Source of the DNA: Octopus vulgaris
Taxonomy: Eukaryota
Reading direction: 5' to 3'
DNA: 64,000 bases
NCBI GenBank assembly: GCA_951406725.2
Contig: OX597828.1
Coordinates: 25,234,001-25,298,000 of the forward strand
The notes beneath the pieces are model-generated. The model saw only the letters and a program-made list of their open reading frames with translations, did not search any database and had not been told where the DNA came from. How positions within the stretch are numbered: the stretch's first letter is position 1; every line of letters begins with the position of its first letter. Positions 52,464 through 64,000 of the stretch are shown here, piece by piece. The position numbers and the translations under genes are program-made.

Positions 52464-54327
52464 TGCCAAATTGTGCCAAATTGATGTCTTCTCAGTGGCT
52501 CTGTGTGTGTGTGACAAGAAGTACAATTTAACTTGTAAAAGAAGTGTCTGTAGGCCAGCGCATATTTAGAATCTAGTAAAAGGGTCACCATGAGTTTAAT
52601 ACTTTATTTAATTTAGTGACTATTTTGTATCTGTATTCCTCGGACATCTGCTGAAATATTCTTTTTGCAGTATAGAAAGTTGATGTAAATGTAGCAACTG
52701 GTGATAACCTCTAACGATCAGCTTTGAATCTATTCTTGTTAATATTAATTTAACCATCTACCTCTGTTAATAGATTTATATGAAACTATATAGTGTTGAT
52801 CAATTGTATAAAATTGCCAGAGGCAATACCTTGGATCTATTATAAACTGGCTAATATTCTATGGGAGACAACTCCAACTGGAATGTTTAGTGATAATATG
52901 AATCACTTTATTTTCACTTGAATAGGCTCCGTGTTAAAAGAACAAACTTGGTTTAACAATCTGTATCGATCTTTTTAGTGTTCTGTATCAAATGTTAAGC
53001 AATCAGGCTGCAGACGACAGTTGTACTTTTTAATTTAAAAAAAGAGAATAATACACATTGTTTGTAATTGTGAGAAATGTAAGAGTGTGCTAAATTGAGT
53101 GGAATACCAAACGTTTTGATTTCCTGCTTGATTTTTCATAATAAGCAGTATCCTTTACTGGCTTAGTTATCCTTATTGGCTTATTTATTTTGGTAGAAGG
53201 AATCAATGAAGGTTTGTTAGGTTTTTACTTTCCCCAAAGTTAGTGATATATAATTGATGTAAATGGTTCAAGTTGAAGCACAATCATTCATTCACTCTTA
53301 GACTTTGCTGCCACTTTTTCTCCGAGTTGTTTATATTTAACAAAAGTAAAATATTTAAAAAAAGTAAAACCATCATAATAAAAAGAAAAAAAATATTTTT
53401 CGAAAATTAGATTCACAAGAGAAATAGAAAATGGAAGCTGTTGCTTATATTCAAAATTAAAATTAGAATTTTTGTATTTTGATAAAGTTATTACATCGGT
53501 ATAAGGCTACATATTTGAAGGGGGGGGGAATAAAATTGATTGATTTTTAATCATCGCATGCATCAACTTTGTAGAGAGGGAAAGCAAAATCAACCCCATT
53601 TGGATTTGAACTTTGAGCATAGAGGGTTGAAAGTATGGACTGCCAAACAGTTTGCTTCTCTGCCATATATGGTACTCTACGTACAATATTATTGTAGTGC
53701 ACCTGAGAACAGTATATGCAATAAACTCATTATTATACTTCTAATTAGTAAAAGGACTAAAATCTATAATTCATTGGGATACATGTGTGTGTATATAAAC
53801 CAAGGACATAGCAGCCACACGTTTTTTTAACTGTTTCCAAAAATAATCACGAGTGCAACCATGACCATGTAATTAAGAAGTTTATTTCTCAACCACATGA
53901 TTTTTGGTTTTGTCTTCCCATTATATGATGCTGAGCAATTGTCTTCAACTATAGACTTAAGTTGACCAAAAACCTCGTAAGTAAAATTGGGTGACAGAAA
54001 CTGTTGAAGCTTGTGTGTGAGAGAGAGAGAGAGAATATTAGCACAAGATGACAAAATGAGTGTATGCAGTATTTAGTTCTAATTGAATGTTGTTCCTCTC
54101 ACCTTTCATTTCTTACAAGATCAATAAATAAGCACCTAAGAAAGTACCAGTGTTGACTAAATCCTAATAACTTAAAACCACTCTTATTACAATAATCACA
54201 GCTTCTTTCAAATTAATAATGGTGTACCATCTCCACCCACACTTTTTCTTCACATTCACTTGTCCATCATATCCTGGGGCCAGGACTGATTAATTTTTAA
54301 AATCTAACCTACTTAATGCTGTTATGT

Positions 54328-54430
54328 TACATTGTAACTCTCACTCTGACTGTCATTTCCTTCTCAACCTCTGTCTTTTTTATGTCTGCTTTTCCATGAT
54401 GCTATGAATTGTGAGTTGAACAGATTCTTA
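54328..54430 (+). repeat. 103-bp direct repeat, copy 2
   Basis: Identical to 52361-52463 except one base. Confidence 0.92.
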
Positions 54431-54610
54431 CCATTTGTTGGAGTTCTTCATGATTTCCTTTGTCAAGTTCAACATTGCTGAGATTACTTTTTCATTACTT
54501 CTACCTATACATTTCCTAGTTTTATCCTACAGTTACCTTCCACTTGTATCTCTTGGTACGTTTTTTTACCTGTGTGCTATCCATATGCAATACATGTCTG
54601 TCCCTATACT

Positions 54611-54841
54611 TATTTCTTTATTACCCACAAGGGGCTAAACACAGAGGGGACAAACTAGGACAGACATAGGTATTAAGTCGATTACATCAACTCCAGTGCG
54701 TAACTGGTACTTAATTTATCGACCCCGAAAGGATGAAAGGCAAAGTCGACCTCGGCGGAATTTGAACTCACAACGTAACGACAGACGAAATACGGCTACG
54801 CATTTCGCCCGGCGTGCTAACGTTTCTGCCAGCTCGCTGCC
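54611..54841 (-). mobile_element. Young full-length SINE, family B
   Basis: Head GGCAGCGAGCTGGCAGAAACGTTAGC, B-box GAGTTCAAATTCC and tail TTTAGCCCCTTGTGGGTAATAAAGAAATA. CpGs retained. Confidence 0.88.
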
Positions 54842-55543
54842 CTATACTGTCTGTCCCTATACTGTCTGTCCCTATACTGTCTTCTTCTTATACACTACAA
54901 TGAATTCTTATATCTAGTTTATGTCGCAGCTTATCCGTACCACATCATTCATACACACTAACATTATATACCCACAGAGCAAGTTCACTTCATTTCTCAC
55001 TAACTTTTGTACATTCTCTGCATTTATTGTCCATGCCTCACAACTGTGCAACACTGCACTTCATAAACACTTACCTTACAATACAATCTATCTTTCACTC
55101 ACAGAGAGACACTTTGAACTTTGTCTTACTCTGACCCTATTCTGGCTTCTGTGCTTTCAGAGCACCTTCTCTCCACCACTACTAATTAGGTAATAGAAGC
55201 TATCAAACTACTCTAGAGATTTCTTAGCATTGAAAGGAATTTATTTTACTAGTAAATATTAATTCTATGAATATAAGCTGGTTATTCTTATCGATAATTT
55301 GGTGGTGGAAGGGTGGTGCTACTTGATAAATCTATCTGTTTTGTCCTTCCTCTCTAGATAACAATAATAAAAGATAAAGTTGCAATTCAGTTGGTTTCGT
55401 ATGTAATATGCACTCACTCACCTGTGCATTCTCTCTCTCTCTCTCTCTCACCTTTTTCTCATTCTGTTCACTTTTACCTCTTTATTACTGTTTCAATTCT
55501 TTGTATGGCAATATTCTATATTTTTTCTTTTCTTTTATATTAG

Positions 55544-55612
55544 CCATTTTTGTATCCGTCTGATACCATGCCTGGTGAATGTGAAATTCCACAAGAACGG
55601 AATGAATAAAAG
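55544..55612 (+). other. Candidate 69-nt exon
   Basis: TTTTTTCTTTTCTTTTATATTAG acceptor and AAG|GTAATT donor. One frame is open (HFCIRLIPCLVNVKFHKNGMNK); the frame starting after 2 nt gives IFVSV*. Confidence 0.45.
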
Positions 55613-56282
55613 GTAATTATATATCTGTATTTGTAAGATGTCTTCCTACTTAGAAAAGTATACATTGATCGGATTATTAACTTTATTGCTTGTCATTCTG
55701 TCTATACTGTTTAGATAGAAAAGTATTTTCTGATTATCTATATGAGTCATGTTTCTACATATATTCATATTGACAGGCTTGGATTGGATTTAATTTTTTT
55801 AAAATCATTGTAATACAAAGTTGCAGTACCCTTAGCTACAATGTAATGAAATCATGAAATAGATTTAAAGAAGGGCATTTTAAGAATTGAATTTTTCAGA
55901 AATGTTTTAGTAAAACTTGTATTAGATTAATCATTACTACTATTTGATAATCCAATCCCTGCAAATATTCAGAGAAAGAATCTTCATCAAGATTAACAGT
56001 GAAGTGTGTGTGGCTATAAAGTGATTCTTATTGCTATGATTCCAAAGAATGTCAGAGGGATAAGGTAGAAAAGTTATAACAATCAGGAAGAGTGAGATAT
56101 CAAAGGAGAACAAAGGAAGGAATGAGTGCAAAAATGCTTTTGGCTCTGAGACCATTTGATATCAGAGAACTTATCCAAATTTGATGCAGTTGGCTATGGT
56201 CAAGGGTACTAACTGATCTGAAAGCAGAAGTATCAAATATGACTAAGGCAAAGAGTTATTATTTTTATTCCATAGTTCTGTC

Positions 56283-56760
56283 TGTATGGATGAGGACAGT
56301 TGTGTAAAGAAGTGTCGAGCTTTAATTGTGGAAGGTACCTGTGGAAGGGGTAGACCTAGGAAGACGTGGGACGAAGCGGTGAGAAAGATCTTCAGATGCT
56401 GGGCCTCACTGAGGAAATGATGAGGGATCTGGAGATGTGGCAATTTGCTTTGCTTGATAAAACGTGTCAAGCTAAGAAAAATCGCTGTCTTCTACACATA
56501 CAAGCTTGTCCTTTTAGGTGCCTGTACTGTGTGAACGCACCCATGGTGGTGCTGCATAAACACGTGCTGGTGGCACGTAAAGCACCCAGCACACTCTGTT
56601 AAGCGGTTGGTATTAGGAGGGCTGGATACCCTCCTAATATCCAGCCATAGAAACCATGCCACAACAGACAGTTGGAGTCTGGACAGCTCGCTGCTAGCCA
56701 GTTCCATGTCAAACTATGCAACCCATGCCAGCATGGAGAGTGGACGTTAAATGAGGAGGA
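56283..56760 (+). mobile_element. RTE LINE 3' fragment (different subfamily)
   Basis: MDEDSCVKKCRALIVEGTCGRGRPRKTWDEAVRKDLQML and tail CCATGCCAGCATGGAGAGTGGACGTTAAATGA. Confidence 0.85.
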
Positions 56761-57238
56761 GTGCCTTATTTGAATATCCTTACCAAAACCTTGTAAGTGG
56801 ATTTGGTTAATAGAAACTGAAAGAAACCCATTGTATGTATGTATGTGTGTGTTTGTGTCTGTGTCTTCTTGCGTTGGTATTGAGTGAATGTTGTAAATGA
56901 ATGTCATTCATATCCAATATTCTGCAAAAACACAACTGGCCAGGGGGGAAATATTACCTGGCCATGGGGAACAGATGGGTATTGGTGATAAGCAAGGTAT
57001 GTAGTCTTAAAAATCTGCCTCAGTCAACTCTGTCTGATCCATGTAAGCATGGAAGAGGAGGTGTTGAAATGATGATATTTTTACTAATTAAATTACTGTT
57101 TGACAGACATGATGCATTGAGTGAGTCATTAGGAATATAAGATACAATCTAACCTGCACAAACTACTGCTCAGTCAGCTGCTTGATAGATTACAGGTATT
57201 CAAGAACAAGCTAATATATCTGTATTATTCTGAAATAT

Positions 57239-57581
57239 GAATGAATGAATGACCCCCTTCGGTCAGACAATGACCATGGGTTTGCACCTAGAGAGTTACC
57301 CTCTGAGGCACAAGTCTGGGCAAGGTTGTTTTTATGGAAGACCAGCAGTCGCCCATGCATACCGGTCTCCCCTCTCCACGTCACCGATGTTGTCCAAGGG
57401 AAAGGCAAGGGCCGATACAGCTTGGCACCTGTGACGTCACAACTCGTTTCTACAGCTGAGTGAACTGGAGCAACGTGAAATAAAGTGTCTTGCTCAAGAA
57501 CACAACACGCAGCCCGGTCCGGGATTCGAACTCACAACCTCACGATCGTAAGCTCGACGCTCTAACCACTGAGCCATGCGC
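57239..57581 (-). mobile_element. Young full-length tRNA-derived SINE, family C, with 12-bp TSD
   Basis: Head GCGCATGGCTCAGTGGTTAGAGCG...GAGTTCGAATCCC (A and B boxes) and (ATTC)n tail. TSD ATTCTGAAATAT at 57227-57238 and 57582-57593. Confidence 0.92.
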
Positions 57582-58144
57582 ATTCTGAAATATATGATGT
57601 TCTAAATCTGTTAGGAAAACATTTCACAACAACATGGCTTGAAAACATGGGTCGTATTCATGTGTTGGACACTTGAAAGTCATATCTTGGAACTTGTTTC
57701 ACTGTGTTGCTGTCTTCTATAATTTGTCTTTCATCAAGTTGGTATCTCCCCTTTAACAAGAATATCTTTACTTTGTAAAAGTAGTAAAGATGACCTGAGT
57801 TTTTCAAACTTTGTAGCTACTCCAATGGTGACTTAGCCGCTGGATATGATGCAATTACTTCAGCATTAAAAGACCCAATCATTTAACAAGTGTTAGGAGT
57901 TCAGCAGTTTTGTGGTACTTTCTACCACAAAGAAATGGCCTATGTTTTTTTTCCTCTTGTCTGTTGAGATTCAGATATGCTTTTATGGTATTTATAACAT
58001 CTCTATTCTGTTTTGTAACTTGCAAAAATGGCCATATCTTCTAAAAGCATTATTAGTTTTTTTGTTTCAAAAGCATTATTAAGGAGAGGCTGGTGAGAAA
58101 GAGTGAGAGATTGGAAGAAGTTGTATTAGTTTTTATCTTCTCTA

Positions 58145-58373
58145 TTAACCCTTTAGTGTTCACATTATTCTGCCAAAATTAATGCTTTTTTATTCACATT
58201 GTTTTGAACTAATCATGCATTATCTTGTAGTTATGAGATTTTGATGAGGAAGCTGTTAATTTTTAAGATGATATTGTAGGGTTGGTGAGAGAGATCAGAT
58301 ATGGCCAGTTTGAACATAAAACAAGCAGAATACTTTTGACCGGATATGGCCGGTTTAAATGCTAAAGGGTTAA
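58145..58373. mobile_element. piggyBac-type MITE, family P1
   Basis: TTAA-CCCTTTAGTGTT ... AATGCTAAAGGG-TTAA. Confidence 0.88.
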
Positions 58374-59034
58374 ATAACTTTAGCCATCAAATGGACAATG
58401 TTAGTGTAATGTGTTTCCACCGAATGAAACTACTGTAATTGTTTAATTAGCTTCAGAGTTGACCTAAGGCAGTTGTATAGCAAGGTAGAGAGAGAGAGGT
58501 CTGCCTAAAGCAGTACTTTTATGGGGGTGGCTTTTTTCAGTCTGCTGCATAAGCATGTTTAGACTTAGGGACCTAGGATAAAGGTGGGTTGGGGGGGGGG
58601 GGGGGGCATCTCAAGGGCTAAGGGTTGTTCCCAGGCAACTCATTGTTGAGCCACACCTCTGACCTGGGGGCTAAACAATAACAACATCAATTACTTCTGC
58701 AATTAAAATGTGCTACCTGATTCCTACACTGAGAATTGGGTGTAAAAAGTACTTTAAGCATTGAACGAGATTCAAATTCCCACTTTGCAATGAAGTGTTT
58801 GGTCCTAGGAACTGAACTTATGAAGCAGTTTCTTTAATAATGCATTCATATTTTGCCAGCAGAGGTAAAAAAAAAAAAAAGAAGCTTTAAGTTGTTTTTG
58901 TCTTGTGTTTTTTAAAGTTGAATGTTGTTTCTGGAACTTTGAAATTATTTCATTGTTGTTGTTTTTGAAAATTGTAAAGCAGGGAAAAAAACTCAGATTA
59001 TAGGTTACCAACTCCTTAAAACTGAAAGGCTTCA

Positions 59035-59400
59035 TTTCTTTTTTTCATTTACTTGTCTCAGCCGTTGGACTGCAGCCATGCTGGAGTGCCACCTTCAGAG
59101 GGAGAGTTAAGAAGCAAATAAACTCACAGAACCTATATATTTTTAAATTGTGCTACTTTTTATATTGGCCTCTTTTGCTGAGTAAACTATATTATGGAGA
59201 CAAACAAATGAACACTGGTTGTCTAGCAATGATGGGTGATGGGGGAAGGCATACTCACGCACACACAGTTTCTGCTTAGAAAATACACTTACAAAGCATT
59301 GGTTGGCTTGCTGGTTTTATAGAAGACACTTGTTCAAGGTGCTCTGCAGTGGGACTGAACCCAAAACCACATGGTGGCTGAGAAAGCTTCTTAACCACAC
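59035..59400 (-). mobile_element. SINE family A (diverged)
   Basis: Reverse complement of the family A head (GTGTGGTTAAGAAGCTT..GGGTTCAGTCCCACTGC) and tail (CCAGCATGGCTGCAGTCC). Confidence 0.7.
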
Positions 59401-59864
59401 TGCAATAATCATTATTTTTCAGTGACCTCTCATAAGATTCTATTCTGTTGATAGCATCTACTTCAGTTTTCTGTTTAATAAAAAGCATTGTTTATCAGAG
59501 CAAATTTTCCATCAACTAAATAACTTCTAAATGCTGTACAAAGTCTGAGTGTATTAATTTTAGTATTCCCAAAGCTCTGAAAATTGAAATGCAGAGATTG
59601 TAATTTAGAAACAAAACAAACTCTACTTGATTTCTTGTTGCTGTTAAGCTTCAGAAGAGCTCTGATTGATCAGACTTATGTTCTAAAATATTCCGACAGC
59701 GACCATCCTATTTATTTTTGTCTTTCTGGCTTAGTGTATCTACGAATACGTTATCCTGTGCTTTTCTCTTTTCAAGATGGTAGGGAGATATTTGCCTGCT
59801 AGTTCAAGCAGATCAAGCAACTATAGCAATGCCAAGATATTGAATATTAATAGATATTTCCCCA

Positions 59865-60176
59865 TAAGTGTCTTCTTCTACAGCCCTGGGCCTACCAGTG
59901 CCTTGTGAGTGAAGTTGCTCTATAGAAACTGTGCAGAAACTCTTGTGTGTGTGTGCACGCACGTGCATGTATGTGCATATTTATGTTTGTCCCCCCACCA
60001 CTTGACAACAGTTTGTTTACATCCCTGTAGTTTAACAATTTGGCAAAAAAGACCCATACAAAAAGTAGCAGACTTTAAAAAAATAGGTACTGGGGTTGAT
60101 TTATTTGACTACACCCTTCAAGGCATTGACCCCAGCATGACTGCAGTCCAATAACTGCAACAAGTAAAAGATAAAA
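59865..60176 (+). mobile_element. SINE family A (5'-truncated)
   Basis: AAGTGTCTTCT..GCCTTGTGAGTG..TTGGCAAAA..TACTGGGGTTGATTT..CCAGCATGACTGCAGTC..GTAAAAGATAAAAG. Confidence 0.72.
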
Positions 60177-60187
60177 GTTTTGTACGT

Positions 60188-60188
<1 letters not shown>

Positions 60189-60258
<70 letters not shown>
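60189..60258. repeat. (CA)n(CT)n compound microsatellite
   Basis: Direct reading of the sequence. Confidence 0.95.
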
Positions 60259-60262
<4 letters not shown>

Positions 60263-60963
60263 GAATTGTGCTGAGTTAGTTGATGCATGCCTCTGAAATC
60301 TACCTGTCTAATAGTAATGCATTGATAATGATGTGAAATGAGTTGTTATATACTGAAATGTGATAAAAATATAATATAGCACCTGAAAGATTTTTTTGTG
60401 TGAGTGTGTGTTGTAATGGTTTATATCTTAAAGACTAAAATGATTTAAGAAACAGTTTTGGGAAGGATGTGAACCTATGAATTAATAATATATTATGACT
60501 TCAATTCACAAAATATAACAAGCTCTGTAAATCTGTTAGCAAGTTAGTTAAAAGTTTGCATTGATATTAACAAGAATACATTCAAAGCTGATCTGAAAGC
60601 ATTACTGCTTGTTGCTACATTTGATATCATTTGATCAAGATTGTACAACAAAAGAATAAAGGGTTTACTATTTGATGCTCCAGCATGATCTTTGTTGTGA
60701 TGGTTAAAAACAAACTAAAGAACTAAAGATATGCTATTGTTTATGATGCTTTTACTTTACGATATTTCATAAAAACATCTTGTCTTCCAAACTATGTAGG
60801 AAAGCTGTTACTTTAAATAAGAACTGATTCAGATTGTCAACCTGTCCAAGCCATGCCAGCATGAACAGGTGTAAAACGATATTGACGATATAATGATAGT
60901 GATACAGCATTAGTTTATTGGTTATTTTTCTTTTCTTTTGCTTCTCAACTTTATTTATTTCAG

Positions 60964-61001
60964 AGGAGAACCTATTAGAAATGTCTAACGATTGGGCATA
61001 A
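60964..61001 (+). other. Candidate terminal exon coding segment (x-ENLLEMSNDWA*)
   Basis: ~40-nt pyrimidine tract ending TTTATTTATTTCAG at 60963, then purine-rich exon-like sequence. TAA at 60999-61001. Confidence 0.35.
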
Positions 61002-61561
61002 AGAAGGTCCCATCATACTGATTTGCAAAAGAGAAAGAATGTGCATTGTTTATGCTTTTCTCAAGGCTATTGTTGGTGTGTGAGAAGTTGAATAGCTCCA
61101 AGTGGCTATCACAACTGTCATGAAATCTCCTTCCAAGATTTCTTCTACGGAGCACTTTATGACTGAGTGATTAATTGATCATCAAAATAATCCCTTTAAT
61201 ATATCACAAGTTTCTTTGGTATTTTATCACAACTATACATTATAGGTATAAAAGAGAAGTAACATCCTGATATGTTTTGTATAGTAAACACAAAGATAAA
61301 ATGTCTCGGTTGGTAAGGTGTTCAACTATCAGTTCATGAGTTGTATTGATATTTGTGTAGATGCGGTATCTCAGTCAGCTGAGTGCTGACCCTGAAGCCA
61401 TGTGGTCAGGCAGAAAATGTCTGACCACATAGCCATGCCTGTGCCTGTTCTTCATGTTTCATTTAACCTCTTAGAAGTAGGTACCAGATCTGGTACTGTT
61501 AACATCATAACCAGAGTAGGATTCAGCTCTCAACTGCATGACTAAGCTCTGCTTTTGATAG

Positions 61562-61995
61562 CATTATCATTGTTTTTATATCCACTTTTCCATGTATAAA
61601 TTGGACAGAATTTGTTGAGGTTGATTTTCTATGCTCTTCTTATCACCAACCCTTACCTGTCTCCAAGCAAGATAATATTTCCCCATGACCAGACATGTTT
61701 TCATGGAATATTGGAAACGAGACATTCCTTGCATGAAAATTACATTTATTTACAACTATAGCATGATGTCAAAACCAAGACACACGCACGCGTGCGCACA
61801 CACACACACACACGTGTGTGTGTATTTACATATGTATATACATACATATACTGTGGGTTTCTTTCAATTTCTGTCTACCAAATCTGCTCACATTGCTTTG
61901 GTTGGCCCTGGGCCCAAGGTGCCACATAATGGGGCTGAACTTGAAGCCATGTAGTTTGGGAAGCAAAATTTTTCACATACAGCCATGCTTGTACC
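61562..61995 (-). mobile_element. RTE-tailed repeat plus family A SINE head fragment
   Basis: ATCCACTTTTCCATG tail motif at ~61580. TTTCTGTCTACCAAATC...GGGGCTGAAC...CAGCCATGC is the reverse complement of the family A head. Confidence 0.6.
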
Positions 61996-62643
61996 TCTCC
62001 ATCATATTTATTATATTGAAAATAAGTAATGAATGTTTTAATTTATCAGTGAATTGAAACATTATATGCTTGGGATTTGCTGTTGTTTCTAGCTACAGCC
62101 ATCCAGTGTGTCTTGTTTTCAGGCAGTGGGATAGGATTTAAAGGCTGTTTAACTATTATTTCTAGCAGGTCAGGTGACCTTGTATCAGCCCTCTTTTTGG
62201 TATCATTTGGTGTAACTTAGGATTTATAGTTTTTCTTCAAATTTTCTTCTTCAGTTTAATATGGAGAATCTTTAAATTTTTGCCTCACAACTTATTTCTT
62301 TTTTTAGTGAATAAATGCAGCTTTATTTCTGTCTGTGCGACAATTTAAAATATTACTTAAAGGAACTAGGTGTTTGATATTGGAGGTTTTTCTTTCATTC
62401 AAATTCTTAGATGTTTTTTTCAAAATCCTTCTTTTCAATTCTGTGAGGGAAAAAAAGATCTTGTTTTAAAATATGCTTTATTTTAGGTAAAGTCAAAAAG
62501 AATATTTTAAAGGAATTTTTAAAACAATTCGTATACTTGGCTTTTGTTAAAGTCTTCGAAGAAGATACTTTCCTTTCAGTTCTTTGTAATAAATTGTGAG
62601 AAATTAGGTTTTTCTTTCCTATTTCTTCTGCTTTGGCTTCCAG

Positions 62644-62700
62644 GCGACCGATGCATATGAAGCAATGTCGTCAGATTACAGCTTGTTTAGTACTGACTAA
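62644..62700 (+). other. Candidate terminal exon (ATDAYEAMSSDYSLFSTD* in phase 0, or x-DRCI* in phase 1)
   Basis: TTTTTCTTTCCTATTTCTTCTGCTTTGGCTTCCAG acceptor, CpG-containing exon-like sequence, then ~900 nt of repeat-poor UTR-like sequence. Confidence 0.45.
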
Positions 62701-64000
62701 ATGAGTTAACTAACTCCTGTCTCATTTTATCGTGTCTGCAGTCTACACAGCTAATCAGATGTCTTCCATATGCATGCTTTATTGCTTTTGTTGTGAATAT
62801 TTGTGTAGTTTTCCTATACAAGGTCATTATATATAGTAGCTAATGTTACACATACACATAGAAAGCAATCTTACGAGCCAATATTACTGCAACATTTGTA
62901 TATGTAGTTGCTTTGAGGGTAAATCTCATATCTTCATGTGATCGCATGTCTTAATTGCTTCAGGTTGTTCCTTGTTATTTTGTTGCTATTCTGCTCTAGG
63001 ATAGTATTATGCTACCAGTACCATACTAGTTACCATTTCCCACATGACATAGTTCACTTAGTTTTCTGTTTCCTACTGTTTCTTATTTTGAATGCAGCAA
63101 ATACTAAATAGTGAACATGTCTTTGCTAGTCATGTGTCATACAGACACAAGCAAGTCAAATAACTTCAGAGGTAAATGAGTCTATGAATTCACTAAAATA
63201 CTTATGAACCAAATAAGTACTTTACAATCCATAATGTAAATAATTTAGCGATCAGATATAATTGTCCAAGGCATAAAGGATATATTTCAGTGCACTTTGA
63301 ACATGCATAATTTTCATGGTAACAGCTTTTCTCAATAAGCCAAAAGTCATACCAGAAGCTTGACTTTCTCTTCAGGTTCATTATCTGATATAGTGCAGAT
63401 GCAAACACAAATATTCTGGACTACATCCAAAGAAAAGGACAGATGTCTAATAAATTTTTACATCTTAGTACACTACACTGCTATCTCATTACTCATCGCC
63501 ATGTGATGCCTAAAAAGTTACCAGAAATTCTAATTCCTAATATTTGTAACTAGTATGAAGGTTAGCAGTTTGTTATTTAATTGTAGTCGGAGTGTCTTGT
63601 ATTTTTCAGATGTTGATGAGATGTAAATTCACTTCTGATTGAGCAGATCAATCTATAATCAAAGGCAGTCTAGCTATGATCATTCATATTTTCTAAGATA
63701 GTAAGCTGTAATATGAGTTAGCTGTGGCTGTTGTTTCTAACAGATAAACAACCTCTTAGAAGTTCTCTCATTTTCCTTGTTATTTTGCTTGTGAAATTGA
63801 AATTAGGTTGTTGTGTTAGTTTTGTTTTCCTTATGATCCTTATACATTGACAATATGCATGTCCAATGGTATTTATTGAGGTTGTGTGTGGACAAAGTGT
63901 ATGGTTTATATGCCGATGGTTAGGGAAGTTTGAGAAAGCTGATTAATGAAAAAACTTCCTATTCAAGGACATGGTTTTAACATTATAACAGAGACCATAC

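Noticed and set aside
57500-57581. tRNA-like sequence with A and B boxes
   Set aside because: It is the head of a SINE with body, tail and TSD, and has no proper acceptor stem.

Overview
This is AT-rich eukaryotic genomic DNA, mostly interspersed repeats and microsatellites. The tRNA-derived SINE families and RTE LINE tails resemble those I recall from octopus genomes (inference, not a database result). No intact host protein-coding ORF is present, and most ORF-track entries are microsatellite or repeat read-through. Well-supported features are: one intact tRNA-Glu(TTC) gene (minus strand, 34606-34677); decayed FLYWCH-MULE, hAT/Buster and mariner transposases; a Helitron helicase remnant and several non-autonomous Helitrons; three piggyBac-type (TTAA) MITE families; three Penelope-like element remnants; RTE, CR1 and R4/Dong LINE fragments; and many SINEs. 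Relatively repeat-poor islands contain seven plus-strand splice-acceptor-like sites, each followed by a short stop-terminated reading frame. This suggests, without proving, that the window is the 3' part of a large plus-strand gene with alternative C-terminal exons. Other points of interest are minimal hammerhead-ribozyme-like motifs, an inverted pair of young Helitrons, a head-to-tail SINE stack, a MULE/Helitron/MITE nest and a 103-bp templated-insertion-like duplication.
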